A DNA stretch of 64,000 nucleotides from the sequence record LC727698.1, one strand, 5' to 3'. Position numbers and translations under genes: made by a program. Each line of letters begins with the position of its first letter. The first letter of the stretch is position 1. Under the pieces are notes generated by a model that was given only the letters and a program-made list of their open reading frames with translations, ran no database searches and was not told the DNA's origin. Of the stretch, positions 46,139-55,571 are shown in pieces.

Positions 46139-47410
46139 ATGGAATACATCGAAAAGGAAGTAACAGTTAGTGAACTGAAGTCTCTCTACAGTAGTAATGA
46201 ATACGAAATTGAGTTAGACACACCAGATGGCTGGCAAAAACTGGGATCTTGGTTCGATAAAGGCCCTCTTAGTATGGTGACGGTAGAAACGCAGGATGGG
46301 TTAGTTACTAGATGTGCAGTAAACCATATGATCGAAGTGGTAGACGGATCGGAAACTTTTTGGACACTTGCAAAAGACTTGTACGAAGGCCAACAAGTGC
46401 TTACTGTAAACGGTGTCTCAACAATTAGTTCTGTAACTGAAAGTGGCATCGAAGAATGTTTCGATTTCGAAATACTCCACGAAAATCATCGTTACTATGG
46501 TGATGGATTCTCTTCTCACAATAGTGGCAAATCGTATATAGTATCAGGAAACATTGTAAAAGATGCACAAGAAAAGGGAATTTTTGTTGTATTACTTGAT
46601 TCAGAAAATGCACTCGACGAATCTTGGCTACATGCACTAGGTGTAGACACCGGACCGGAAAAAATGTTACGCATCTCTGTATCGATGATAGATGATGTAG
46701 CAAAAATTATTAGTGATTTTGTTAAAGATTACAAGACTAATTATGCCGAACTACCTAACAATGATCGACCAAAGGTGCTTTTTGTTATTGACTCGCTCGG
46801 AATGTTATTGACACCAACGGAAACTGCACAATTTCAAAATGGTGATATGAAAGGAGATATGGGCAGGAAAGCAAAACAATTAAAAGCATTGATTTCTAAC
46901 TGTACAAATATGTTCGGCAACTTAGACATAGGCCTTGTTTGTACTAACCATACATATGCATCTCAAGATTTATTTCAGCCCGACGCTGTAATTTCGGGTG
47001 GCAGCGGCGCAGTCTATGCCGCGTCAATTGTAGTGGCAATGCAAAAGTTAAAGTTAAAAGAAGACGAAGCAGGTAATAAAATTTCTGAAGTAGCTGGTAT
47101 TCGTGCAGTATGTAAAGTTGTGAAATCTCGATATGCAAAGCCGTTTGAGACAGTAAAAGTAAATATTCCATATGATACGGGTATGAGTCCAATATCGGGT
47201 CTATTTGACTTGTTTGAAAAAACAGGTAAACTTGTAAAACAAGGCAATAGATACAAGTACATAACCAAAGATGGTACCGAAATGCTGTATTATAGGAAAG
47301 AATGGAATGATTACGATAAACTAAAAGTAATTATGAATGAATTTACAGACGAAGACCTAGGCAATGTCGTAGAAGTGGAAGAGGGTCATTTAGAAGAGTT
47401 CGATGAATAA
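46139..47410 (+). CDS. uvsX: 128-aa split-intein C-part fused to the UvsX/RecA C-terminal fragment (295 aa)
   Basis: ...GDGFSSHN|SGKSYIVSGN, LLDSENALD, LFVIDSLGML, GDMGRKAK, TNHTY, SGGSG..YAAS. Confidence 0.92.
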   Translation: MEYIEKEVTVSELKSLYSSNEYEIELDTPDGWQKLGSWFDKGPLSMVTVETQDGLVTRCAVNHMIEVVDGSETFWTLAKDLYEGQQVLTVNGVSTISSVTESGIEECFDFEILHENHRYYGDGFSSHNSGKSYIVSGNIVKDAQEKGIFVVLLDSENALDESWLHALGVDTGPEKMLRISVSMIDDVAKIISDFVKDYKTNYAELPNNDRPKVLFVIDSLGMLLTPTETAQFQNGDMKGDMGRKAKQLKALISNCTNMFGNLDIGLVCTNHTYASQDLFQPDAVISGGSGAVYAASIVVAMQKLKLKEDEAGNKISEVAGIRAVCKVVKSRYAKPFETVKVNIPYDTGMSPISGLFDLFEKTGKLVKQGNRYKYITKDGTEMLYYRKEWNDYDKLKVIMNEFTDEDLGNVVEVEEGHLEEFDE

Positions 47411-49238
47411 ATTATGCGAAACAGATCGTATTAATATTATCAAATTACACTTCGATGATTTAAAATCTGTATCTGAATTAAAGAAAATATATGGAGTCTC
47501 TTATGATGTCATTAAAACCATCATAAGAGATGAAACGAATCGTCTGCCGTTGCAAGAAACTGATATAAAAATTTTGAAATTTAAAAAACTTGTTTCAAAG
47601 GAGTTGTTATTTGAATTACATGTAATTAAAAAACAATCATTTAATGAAATAAGAAAAACTTATAAGATTAATGAACTTCATTTAAAACAAGTGTTTAATG
47701 ATTACGGAATACCAATTGAAAAGTGTTTATATACTGCTACTAACAAGAAGCGTAAAACAAAAAAGCCTGAAGATTTTACTAAAGACTTTTTCGAACACTT
47801 AGTATATAACGAAAGACGAACAATTAGTTGGATAAAAAATAATTATAACTTTAATTTTGAAGAACTAAAACATCATTTAACACATTTAAAAATCGATTAT
47901 ACTAATTCGTTGCCACCTGCTGTAAAACATCAACAAGATAAAATATCTAGAGAAACTCTAGCAGAAGAATTAAAAATTAAATCTATTGTTGATATAATAA
48001 ATGAATACGGAATTTCTAGAACTTATGTAGAAAGCGTTATAAAAGAATACAATATACAGTATTTTACAAAACCGAAACATTCTATATTAAGTGGTAAAGA
48101 ATCAGAAATTTATCGGATGTATTATGATGAATGTATGACTACATACCAAATAGCAGAAAAATTGGGAGTATGTCAATACACCATATGGAAAATAATGGCA
48201 GATAACGGATGGAAAACACGAGAACCGATTAAAAAAATTGATTTGATTTGGAATGATATAAAAGAAGAAGTTGTTAAATTAATAGACAACGGTTATACAT
48301 TAGCTGCTTTATGTGAAAAATACGAAATAACATCTATTACTGAAAAGTTAATAGAAGAAGGTATAAAATATACAAAGGGAAATATTTCTTCTGGTCATGC
48401 AGAAATATCTGAATATGTGCGTTCATTGGGATTTAATGTAATCGACAATGATCGTACTATTATATTTCCGCGAGAAATTGATATTTTTATTCCCGAACTT
48501 AACATAGGAATAGAATACAACGGATTATATTTTCATAGCACACGAACAGAAGGAAATGTAACAAAGCATAGAGAAAAATATAGCATATGTAAACAAAAAG
48601 GTATTCGTTTAATACAAATTTTTGAAGATGAATTTATTCATAAGAAAGAACTAGTAAAGAGAAAATTAGCGCACATTTTAGGAAAATCTAATAATAAATG
48701 TTATGCAAGGAATTGTATAGTTAAAGAAATATCGGTAGCAGACAAACGAAATTTCTTTAAAAAATATCACATACAAGAAGATTCTGCATCCTCGTATGCA
48801 TATGGATTATATTATGTTAATGAATTAGTTTGTGCTATGTCTTTTCTTAAAAAGAAGAAATGTACAGAACTAGTTAGATATGCATCTTCTATGCACGTGA
48901 TCGGCGGATTTTCTAAGTTGTTGAAATATTGTATTAATAATAACAAAATAGATGTTATAAACACATATGCTGATCTCAGATGGTCGAATCCGACAAATAA
49001 TGTATATGTAAACAATGGGTTTGATATACTGTATGAGACTGATTTTAATTACACTTATGTGAGTAAAGAGGATTTTTCAAAAAGGCTTAATAGGCAAAAA
49101 TTTATGAAACACAAGTTGAAAAACATTTTATCAGATTTCGATAAATCATTAACAGAAGAAGAGAATATGAAAAATAATGGATTTTATCGAGTATACGATG
49201 CTGGCCATTTAAAATTGCAATATAAGGTTAATAAATGA
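47403..49238 (+). mobile_element. Free-standing homing endonuclease gene (Vsr-like/Hef-like) with multiple N-terminal HTH-like repeats
   Basis: EIDIFIPELNIGIEYNGLYFHS, GIRLIQIFEDE, YADLRWS, RVYDAG; paralogous to 31022-32638. Confidence 0.8.
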
Positions 49239-49435
49239 TTACAGATGTTGAAGCAATAAATGAAATTTGGGCTGCCGTGCGACCATATATTAAGTCATCT
49301 GAGCGCATTCATGCAGCGGATGCGTTTATAGAAGTTTTAGATGAATACGGGATGCTTGATGTAGATATTCAAATGTTTGAAAAAGAACTTAAAATAGCAG
49401 CAAAAACGCATTTAGGTGAAGCAGATGACGACTAA
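49235..49435 (+). CDS. Hypothetical protein (66 aa)
   Basis: ATGA overlap with the endonuclease gene. Confidence 0.65.
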   Translation: MITDVEAINEIWAAVRPYIKSSERIHAADAFIEVLDEYGMLDVDIQMFEKELKIAAKTHLGEADDD

Positions 49436-49751
49436 TTTAGAATTTAGTGACGAATTTCTATCAACTGTATCGTCGTTGAAAGCCAATATAACATCCAAAA
49501 ATAAAGATGCTGTCATAGAACAATTAGACAAATTGTTAGATATGGTAACAAAAGATATGAATGCGGTTATATGGGTAATACAACCTGAAAATATTAATAA
49601 CCTACATATACTATGTTCTGATTCATTTAATATTCCTATCAGTCAATTTAGACTAAAACGAAGAATACCGTCAAAATCTCAACGAGCTCATTTATTTTTA
49701 AAAGTAATTAGGATTGCACTTGCTGGAAAAGAAAATGAACAATTGGTATAA
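49416..49751 (+). CDS. Hypothetical protein (111 aa)
   Basis: Overlapping ORF within the recombination operon. Confidence 0.6.
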   Translation: MKQMTTNLEFSDEFLSTVSSLKANITSKNKDAVIEQLDKLLDMVTKDMNAVIWVIQPENINNLHILCSDSFNIPISQFRLKRRIPSKSQRAHLFLKVIRIALAGKENEQLV

Positions 49752-50199
49752 CATTGTCTATGCAGATTTATCTAAGATACCCGATTTCATTTCTTTTTTT
49801 GAAAAAGAAATAGATATTTCTAAGTCTACAGAAATGTCTTTAAAGGGTAAAACGTTAGAGAAACATTGCGCAGAGTTGCCGGGCATAGTGGAGAATAGAT
49901 TTGCACAGCTTCAAGAAATTGAAGCTGTACTAGAATTACTTAACATTCAGTATAAACAAGAAAAAAGCGACAGATTCAAATTTTATCTACAGCAATTTCC
50001 TAAAGCACTTTCTTCTAGGGATGCAGAGAAATATGCAGAAGGAGATCCACTTGTAGTAAACAGGGCAATATTAGTTAATGAAGTTGCATTGCTAAGAAAC
50101 AAATATCTTTCGCTAATGAAGGGTTTAGATTCTAAGAATTGGATGGTAGGCCACATAGTTAAACTTCGTTGTGCAGGACTAGACGACGCACAAATTTAA
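49735..50199 (+). CDS. uvsY: Recombination mediator UvsY
   Basis: Helical protein between UvsX and UvsW; ELPGIVE.RF.QLQEIEAVL, LSSRDAEKY..GD, KGLDSK.W. Confidence 0.8.
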   Translation: MNNWYNIVYADLSKIPDFISFFEKEIDISKSTEMSLKGKTLEKHCAELPGIVENRFAQLQEIEAVLELLNIQYKQEKSDRFKFYLQQFPKALSSRDAEKYAEGDPLVVNRAILVNEVALLRNKYLSLMKGLDSKNWMVGHIVKLRCAGLDDAQI

Positions 50200-50211
50200 A
50201 TAGGATTCGTA

Positions 50212-51663
50212 ATGGCAAAGGATTGCAAATTAGTAATAAAAGATGAAGTAAATATTGCATTTACTGGACTTGATATAAACACTCGTAGAAAACTATCTGA
50301 TTCGTTAAAATTCTTTTTACCTCATGCAAGACACCAACCTGCATACAAGTTAGGTAGATGGGATGGATGTATTAGATATTGTGATATAGCCGGACGTTCG
50401 TATCTTAATTTTTTAGATATACTTATTCCTATTGTAGAAAATAGTGGTTATTATATAACCATAGAAGATAATAGACAACCGTTTTCGTGTAATTTTGAAC
50501 CAATAGATGCTAACTCATATTCTCATATTACTTGGCCTGTAGGACATCAATATGAAGGGCAGAATATTGTTCTACGGGATTATCAAGTAGAGGCAGTGAA
50601 TAATTACTTAGCTAATACACAGAGTATAGCAACATTGCCTACTGGTTTTGGAAAAACATTAGTTACTGCTGCATTAGCACATAAAGTAGAAAAGTATGGA
50701 AGAACAATAACAATTGTTCCATCTAAAGACTTAGTTACCCAAACGGAACGGGATTTTAAAAACTTCGGATTAGATACTGGCGTTTATTTCGGAGATAGAA
50801 AAGAATTAGGCAAAACCCACACTATAGTTACCTGGCAAAGTATTGAAGCTATTTATAAACAAAGTAAAGCAGACGAAAATGCATTGACATTAGAAGAATT
50901 CATTGAAGGGGTAGTAGCAGTAGTAGTCGATGAAGCACATACCATTAAGGGTCAATCATTAAAAGAACATTTAACTTCTACATTTGCTAATGTTCCTATT
51001 CGATGGGCTATGACAGGAACCATACCGGAAGAGGAACATGCCGCCGCCGCCCTCATTGCATGCATAGGTCCTGTTACAAAAACTGTGAAAGCAAAAGAAT
51101 TGCAAGAAGCAGGAATACTTAGTGAGTTGCATATAGAAGTCCTACAATTAAACGATTATCATACTTCACATCCGAACTATGCAGCCGAATTAAAATTTCT
51201 TACTACAGACCCTACTCGTTTAAAATGGCTAGCCGAACATATAAAATCTCAAGAAGGTAATACGTTAGTGTTAGTTGATAGGCTGTCAAGCGGAGAAGAA
51301 CTTCTTAAGCATATACCAGATGCTGCTTTTGTTAAAGGTGATTTAAAAAGTAAAGACAGAAGAACTGAATATAAATCAGTTACATCAGATACAGATAAAA
51401 TTATTATAGCAACCTTTGGGGTTGCATCTACTGGTATTGATATACCATACATACATAATGTATATTTATTAGAACCAGGAAAGTCTTTTATTAGGGTAAT
51501 TCAGTCTATCGGTCGCGGTCTACGCAAGGCACCCGGAAAAGACTATGTATCTGTATTTGATATTACTTCTGTTGCAAAATATTCTGCAAGGCATTTAACT
51601 AAAAGGAAAAAATTCTATAAAGAAGCAGAATATCCATTTTCTGTGAAAAAAATAGATTATTAA
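50212..51663 (+). CDS. uvsW: SF2 DNA helicase UvsW
   Basis: LRDYQ, LPTGFGKT, VVVDEAH, AMTGT, STGIDIP, QSIGRGLR. Confidence 0.92.
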   Translation: MAKDCKLVIKDEVNIAFTGLDINTRRKLSDSLKFFLPHARHQPAYKLGRWDGCIRYCDIAGRSYLNFLDILIPIVENSGYYITIEDNRQPFSCNFEPIDANSYSHITWPVGHQYEGQNIVLRDYQVEAVNNYLANTQSIATLPTGFGKTLVTAALAHKVEKYGRTITIVPSKDLVTQTERDFKNFGLDTGVYFGDRKELGKTHTIVTWQSIEAIYKQSKADENALTLEEFIEGVVAVVVDEAHTIKGQSLKEHLTSTFANVPIRWAMTGTIPEEEHAAAALIACIGPVTKTVKAKELQEAGILSELHIEVLQLNDYHTSHPNYAAELKFLTTDPTRLKWLAEHIKSQEGNTLVLVDRLSSGEELLKHIPDAAFVKGDLKSKDRRTEYKSVTSDTDKIIIATFGVASTGIDIPYIHNVYLLEPGKSFIRVIQSIGRGLRKAPGKDYVSVFDITSVAKYSARHLTKRKKFYKEAEYPFSVKKIDY

Positions 51664-51664
51664 T

Positions 51665-51916
51665 ATGAATTTTTATCAAGACGGAATTTATATAAAATTA
51701 GATGCAGATTTAAATGAACAATCAAACTTATTTAAATTAAAATCAGAATTATATGTACATTCGTATCCTACCCCTGATTTTTATAGATATATCAAAAATG
51801 GTAAAACCATGTTAGGGGTAGTATATGTCGGTTCATTAGAAACTGTATTTCTTAATATTATTAGTGGAGACTTTGACAAAGAAAAATTTTGTGCTATAAT
51901 AGAAAAATACAAATAA
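51665..51916 (+). CDS. Hypothetical protein (83 aa)
   Basis: ORF starts 1 nt after the uvsW stop. Confidence 0.55.
   Translation: MNFYQDGIYIKLDADLNEQSNLFKLKSELYVHSYPTPDFYRYIKNGKTMLGVVYVGSLETVFLNIISGDFDKEKFCAIIEKYK
51873..51900 (+). promoter_or_regulatory. Sigma70 promoter with extended -10
   Basis: TTGACA-16 nt-TATAAT with TGn. Confidence 0.7.
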
Positions 51917-51926
51917 AGGTGTAATT

Positions 51927-52430
51927 TTGAAAATTTTATTAACCGAAAATGAATCATACGAATTAGATAGAGTCCCAGACGACATAGAGGATATACGGTA
52001 TTGTATATTAGATTGTAATGATAAATCTAATGTAGATTTTTACTTTTTGCCTCTTATATTTTTAGAAAGTTTTTATTCTCCCGCAGTTGTACTCAAGATA
52101 GGAAAGTACAGTATACAAATGCCGTTAGATTGGTCTATACTAGTATGCGACGAAGAATATTCTGATTTGGAAGTAGTACCACTTACTAGTCTAAATGACA
52201 GGGGGTTTCATACAATAGTATTTAATCCACTAAAACACATGGTGCCTGTTCCTTCTGAAATAACAATAACTAGTGTATTTACTGAAGTAAAGTGGTATTT
52301 CCCTAAATTAAAAAGTGGTGCTGTCCTAGTTATTCCTTTAGAAGACGGACCTAATCCGAATTGTGCATTGTTTGTAAAAGAAGGGAATAAAATTCCTGAT
52401 CCTATAGATATCGCAGAGTTATTTAAATAA
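51927..52430 (+). CDS. Hypothetical beta-rich protein (167 aa)
   Basis: TTG start after AAAGGTG; downstream of a promoter. Confidence 0.7.
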   Translation: MKILLTENESYELDRVPDDIEDIRYCILDCNDKSNVDFYFLPLIFLESFYSPAVVLKIGKYSIQMPLDWSILVCDEEYSDLEVVPLTSLNDRGFHTIVFNPLKHMVPVPSEITITSVFTEVKWYFPKLKSGAVLVIPLEDGPNPNCALFVKEGNKIPDPIDIAELFK

Positions 52431-52897
52431 TGGCAGAAGAAAGCATTTTACCGCTTTGGATGGAATTGCAAGCATTAGATTATAATGATAGAGATTTTTA
52501 TGACAAGTTAACTGATGAACAGAAGAAAGTATTTTCATCGTGGATTATAATGAGATATTCTAGTAATATAATCGGTGATAATGCAGATTGGGGTCTTATA
52601 ATGACCAATGATATTGTAAATGTGGATTTTTCATTAATGTACAAGCATCCTAAATTGCAATGGATGCTATTGTCGTTATGTGGAACTGGAAGAAAAGAAC
52701 AACGTAAATGGATTGCCCCGAATAAAAAGAAAAAAAAGAATCCGAGGAAAGAATTTATTTTTAAAATTCATCCAAACGCAAAAGATGATGAAATTGATAT
52801 GCTTGCAGATTTGTACACTGATGCAGAATTAAAGGATATTATGTTATCCTACGGATATGAAGATAAAGAAATAAAAGATATTTTAAAGAAGAAATAA
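52430..52897 (+). CDS. Probable clamp loader small subunit (T4 gp62-like)
   Basis: FSSWIIMRYSS...N..VN......HPKLQW.LL......RKWI pattern; replication context. Confidence 0.55.
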   Translation: MAEESILPLWMELQALDYNDRDFYDKLTDEQKKVFSSWIIMRYSSNIIGDNADWGLIMTNDIVNVDFSLMYKHPKLQWMLLSLCGTGRKEQRKWIAPNKKKKKNPRKEFIFKIHPNAKDDEIDMLADLYTDAELKDIMLSYGYEDKEIKDILKKK

Positions 52898-52910
52898 TTC
52901 TAGTAAGTAT

Positions 52911-53618
52911 ATGCAAGCATCTAAGAAAAATAAAAAGGCAACATCGATGGCAAAGTGCGAGTTTTGTAGTAAAGAATTTAAGTCAGAACGAACAATAGCT
53001 GCTCATTTGTGTGTTAAAAAGAAGAGGTTTGCAGAAAAAGACACAGTTGGGTCTAGACTGGGATTTAGGGTATTTCAGCGATTCTACGAACTAACTACTT
53101 CTTCTAAAACGCCTAAATCTTTTAGAGAATTTATTGATAGTAAATTTTATATAGATTTTGTTAAATTTGGAAGACACCTAATAGATATTAATCCTATTAA
53201 CACAGATGAATACATAGATTTCATAATAAAGAACGCTATACCGCTGTCTGATTGGAAAAAAGACTATGTATATGTAAGATATCTTAAAGAATATACTCAG
53301 AAAGAACCTGCACAAAAAGCACTGGAACGAACTATAATCGAGATGGGCACTTGGTGTACTGAAAATAATGTAGATATTGTAGATTTTTTTGAAAAAGTTA
53401 ATACAGTAGAGGCAGTATATCTTATTAAATCAGGAAAGCTTAGTCCGTGGGTGTTATATCTGGCATCTTCTTCTGATAAATTGTGGGTTAGAATAAATGA
53501 AGAACAAGAAAAATTTATTCAAACTGCTGTAGATTTTGACTGGTGGCAAAAGAAATTTATTGCAAATAAGGATGATGTTGACTTTATAGTGTCTGTATTG
53601 ACAGAGGCTAAGTTGTAA
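52911..53618 (+). CDS. Hypothetical protein with N-terminal Zn-finger-like motif (start may be 52947)
   Basis: CEFCSKEF.SE.TIAAHLC. Confidence 0.7.
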   Translation: MQASKKNKKATSMAKCEFCSKEFKSERTIAAHLCVKKKRFAEKDTVGSRLGFRVFQRFYELTTSSKTPKSFREFIDSKFYIDFVKFGRHLIDINPINTDEYIDFIIKNAIPLSDWKKDYVYVRYLKEYTQKEPAQKALERTIIEMGTWCTENNVDIVDFFEKVNTVEAVYLIKSGKLSPWVLYLASSSDKLWVRINEEQEKFIQTAVDFDWWQKKFIANKDDVDFIVSVLTEAKL

Positions 53619-53619
53619 T

Positions 53620-54222
53620 ATGGCAAAAGTAGTTACTGATGTTGATATTGACGTAGCAGATAGGTTAACAGTTTTGTCTGGACTACAACACATATCTGCT
53701 AAATTAGACGGAGTAGGAAAGAAACATTTATCTGGTGTGTATTTTCAACCTATTCCGTTTGATCCGGAACAAAATATGAGCAACATAGATTATAAAGTTG
53801 CAGAAGAATTAGGCTACATGAAGATTGATCTTCTTAACGTAAGTATATACGAACAAGTTAGATCAGAGGAACATCTAAAGAAATTAATAGATAAAGAACC
53901 TAACTGGTCTTATTTTGAACATAAACAGATAGTTCAAAATTTATTTCATTTAGGAAATTATGCTGATCTAGCAGTAGGAATGAAACCGAAAAGTGTAGAA
54001 CAGTTAGCAATGTTGCTGGCTGTTATACGTCCGAGTAAGTATCATTTACAATATAAACCTTGGGATATTATTGCCAAAACTGTGTGGGATAAGCCCAGCG
54101 ACGGATCATATCATTTTAAAAAAGCACATGCCATTAGTTATGCACTTGCAATTGTTGTTCAGTTGAATTTATTAGAAGAAGAAGCAGAACAAGAACCTGA
54201 TCCATTTAAGTTATTTTCCTGA
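53620..54222 (+). CDS. Minimal DNA polymerase III alpha (DnaE)-like protein (200 aa)
   Basis: TDVDID (PDIDID-like), KHLSGVY, YMKIDLL, LAVIRP, FKKAHAISYA (FNKSHA.AY-like), in DnaE order. Confidence 0.75.
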   Translation: MAKVVTDVDIDVADRLTVLSGLQHISAKLDGVGKKHLSGVYFQPIPFDPEQNMSNIDYKVAEELGYMKIDLLNVSIYEQVRSEEHLKKLIDKEPNWSYFEHKQIVQNLFHLGNYADLAVGMKPKSVEQLAMLLAVIRPSKYHLQYKPWDIIAKTVWDKPSDGSYHFKKAHAISYALAIVVQLNLLEEEAEQEPDPFKLFS

Positions 54223-54604
54223 TTAAAGATACCTGTCGTCTTTTTATTCTCTTTTTGAGCATATTGTTAAGAGAAGTACATGGTCCGAAAACTATTTTTA
54301 TATCTTTGTTTACTAGGGTTTTTAGGCAATATCTAAATTCTGCCATTTCGTTCGGCATGAATATATTTATTGGTAATATTCTAGAAGATTCCCACCACCA
54401 ACAGTCACCACATTGAAGAAATATATCTTTGTGTTGACTGTTTTTTAATGATTTAAAATCATAAAAACTTATATATTTGTCATCCGAATTTTGAATAATT
54501 CCTATATAGAAATTTTCTAAGTGTTGTATGCCACTCAAAAATGGAAATTTTTCAGATAATTCTGCTAACTCTTGATCTATTGTATTATTATTTGTGTTGT
54601 CCAT
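54206..54604 (-). CDS. Hypothetical protein (132 aa)
   Basis: Convergent ORF with AATAAATA upstream; FPFLS...GIIQN...WWWES.R.LPINIF. Confidence 0.7.
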   Translation of the reverse strand: MDNTNNNTIDQELAELSEKFPFLSGIQHLENFYIGIIQNSDDKYISFYDFKSLKNSQHKDIFLQCGDCWWWESSRILPINIFMPNEMAEFRYCLKTLVNKDIKIVFGPCTSLNNMLKKRIKRRQVSLIRKIT

Positions 54605-54653
54605 GATTTTCTTCTCTCTTTATTATTTATTCCTTTAACACTAACCGTTTTAA

Positions 54654-54661
54654 TATAAATA
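54654..54661 (+). promoter_or_regulatory. T4-consensus late promoter TATAAATA
   Basis: Exact octamer 5 nt before the ATG at 54667. Confidence 0.55.
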
Positions 54662-54666
54662 CGTGT

Positions 54667-55536
54667 ATGACATTCCATACATTATATAAATATGATAATT
54701 TTGTAGAACTGTTATATGATAACGGTATACTTTCTTGCAATTGTAAATTATTGGATAATAGACCTATGCATTCACAAACAATAAAACTATACAAAGGTGT
54801 AGATAATCAAGTAAAATTTAGGGTTTATAATCCTGATAGACGATTAGTAAACATTCATGGACTTTCTGTGTTTGCTAGTTTAATTAATACAGAAAATAAA
54901 GAACGAGTGCTAGTAAAACAGTGTGATATATATGAGCAGTCTCCTGGAATTTTTATATTGTCTATATTAGAAGGAGATCTAATAAATGTGCCTAATGGAT
55001 ATTACACTTTGAGTATAATAGGACAAGAAGAATTTATTCCCGGCATATCTAATATAGACGGACTCCCTGTAATTAGTACGCCGTTTTATACAAATACATC
55101 ATCTGATATACAACTGTATGCAGAAGTTAGAGATAGTTTAGAAAAGGCGCCCATAGACACTATAGTTGCTACTGAATGGCGAAAAGTAATAAACACTGAT
55201 TATACTTTTAATTATTACAATGCAGGTCCATTTCCATCTAATAGAGTAAAAAATTATAGATCGGGTGTGCATACTATTGCAATATATGCAGAAAATTTCA
55301 CAGGTAAATTTGAAGTATATGGTACATTAGACCAAATTCCTTCGCTAGAAGATGAATTTAGTTCTTGGTTTCCGATTAATTTAAGATCTATGTTTGATTA
55401 TATTCAGTTTAATAATTTCACTGGAATAATGCCATACACTTTTCAAGCAAATGTTCTTTGGTTAAAATTCCGTTGGTATCCGGATTCGACAATCCCAAAC
55501 AATGGAGAAATTTCTAAAGTAATGTTAAGAAGTTAA
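54667..55536 (+). CDS. Putative virion protein with beta-sandwich domains (289 aa)
   Basis: Late promoter; beta-rich IKLYKGVDNQVKFRV...GYYTLSI pattern. Confidence 0.55.
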   Translation: MTFHTLYKYDNFVELLYDNGILSCNCKLLDNRPMHSQTIKLYKGVDNQVKFRVYNPDRRLVNIHGLSVFASLINTENKERVLVKQCDIYEQSPGIFILSILEGDLINVPNGYYTLSIIGQEEFIPGISNIDGLPVISTPFYTNTSSDIQLYAEVRDSLEKAPIDTIVATEWRKVINTDYTFNYYNAGPFPSNRVKNYRSGVHTIAIYAENFTGKFEVYGTLDQIPSLEDEFSSWFPINLRSMFDYIQFNNFTGIMPYTFQANVLWLKFRWYPDSTIPNNGEISKVMLRS

Positions 55537-55565
55537 TTGACAACGAAAAACGTGCATGCTATAAT
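55537..55565 (+). promoter_or_regulatory. Consensus sigma70 promoter of the primase gene
   Basis: TTGACA-17 nt-TATAAT with TGn extension. Confidence 0.85.
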
Positions 55566-55571
55566 GTGCGC

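Larger units (their letters stand above)
44596..46522 (+). mobile_element. Split intein (IntN 44596-44646, IntC 46139-46522) with an intervening free-standing endonuclease gene
   Basis: C1 start, block B TRCAVNH, block F CFDFEI...HRYY.DG, terminal HN followed by Ser+1; removing it restores Walker A GESG-SGKS. Confidence 0.88.

Noticed and set aside
53620-54222. Mini-DnaE as one half of another split-intein gene
   Set aside because: No Cys/Ser-initiated intein block at its C-terminus and no HN-(C/S/T) junction at its N-terminus.
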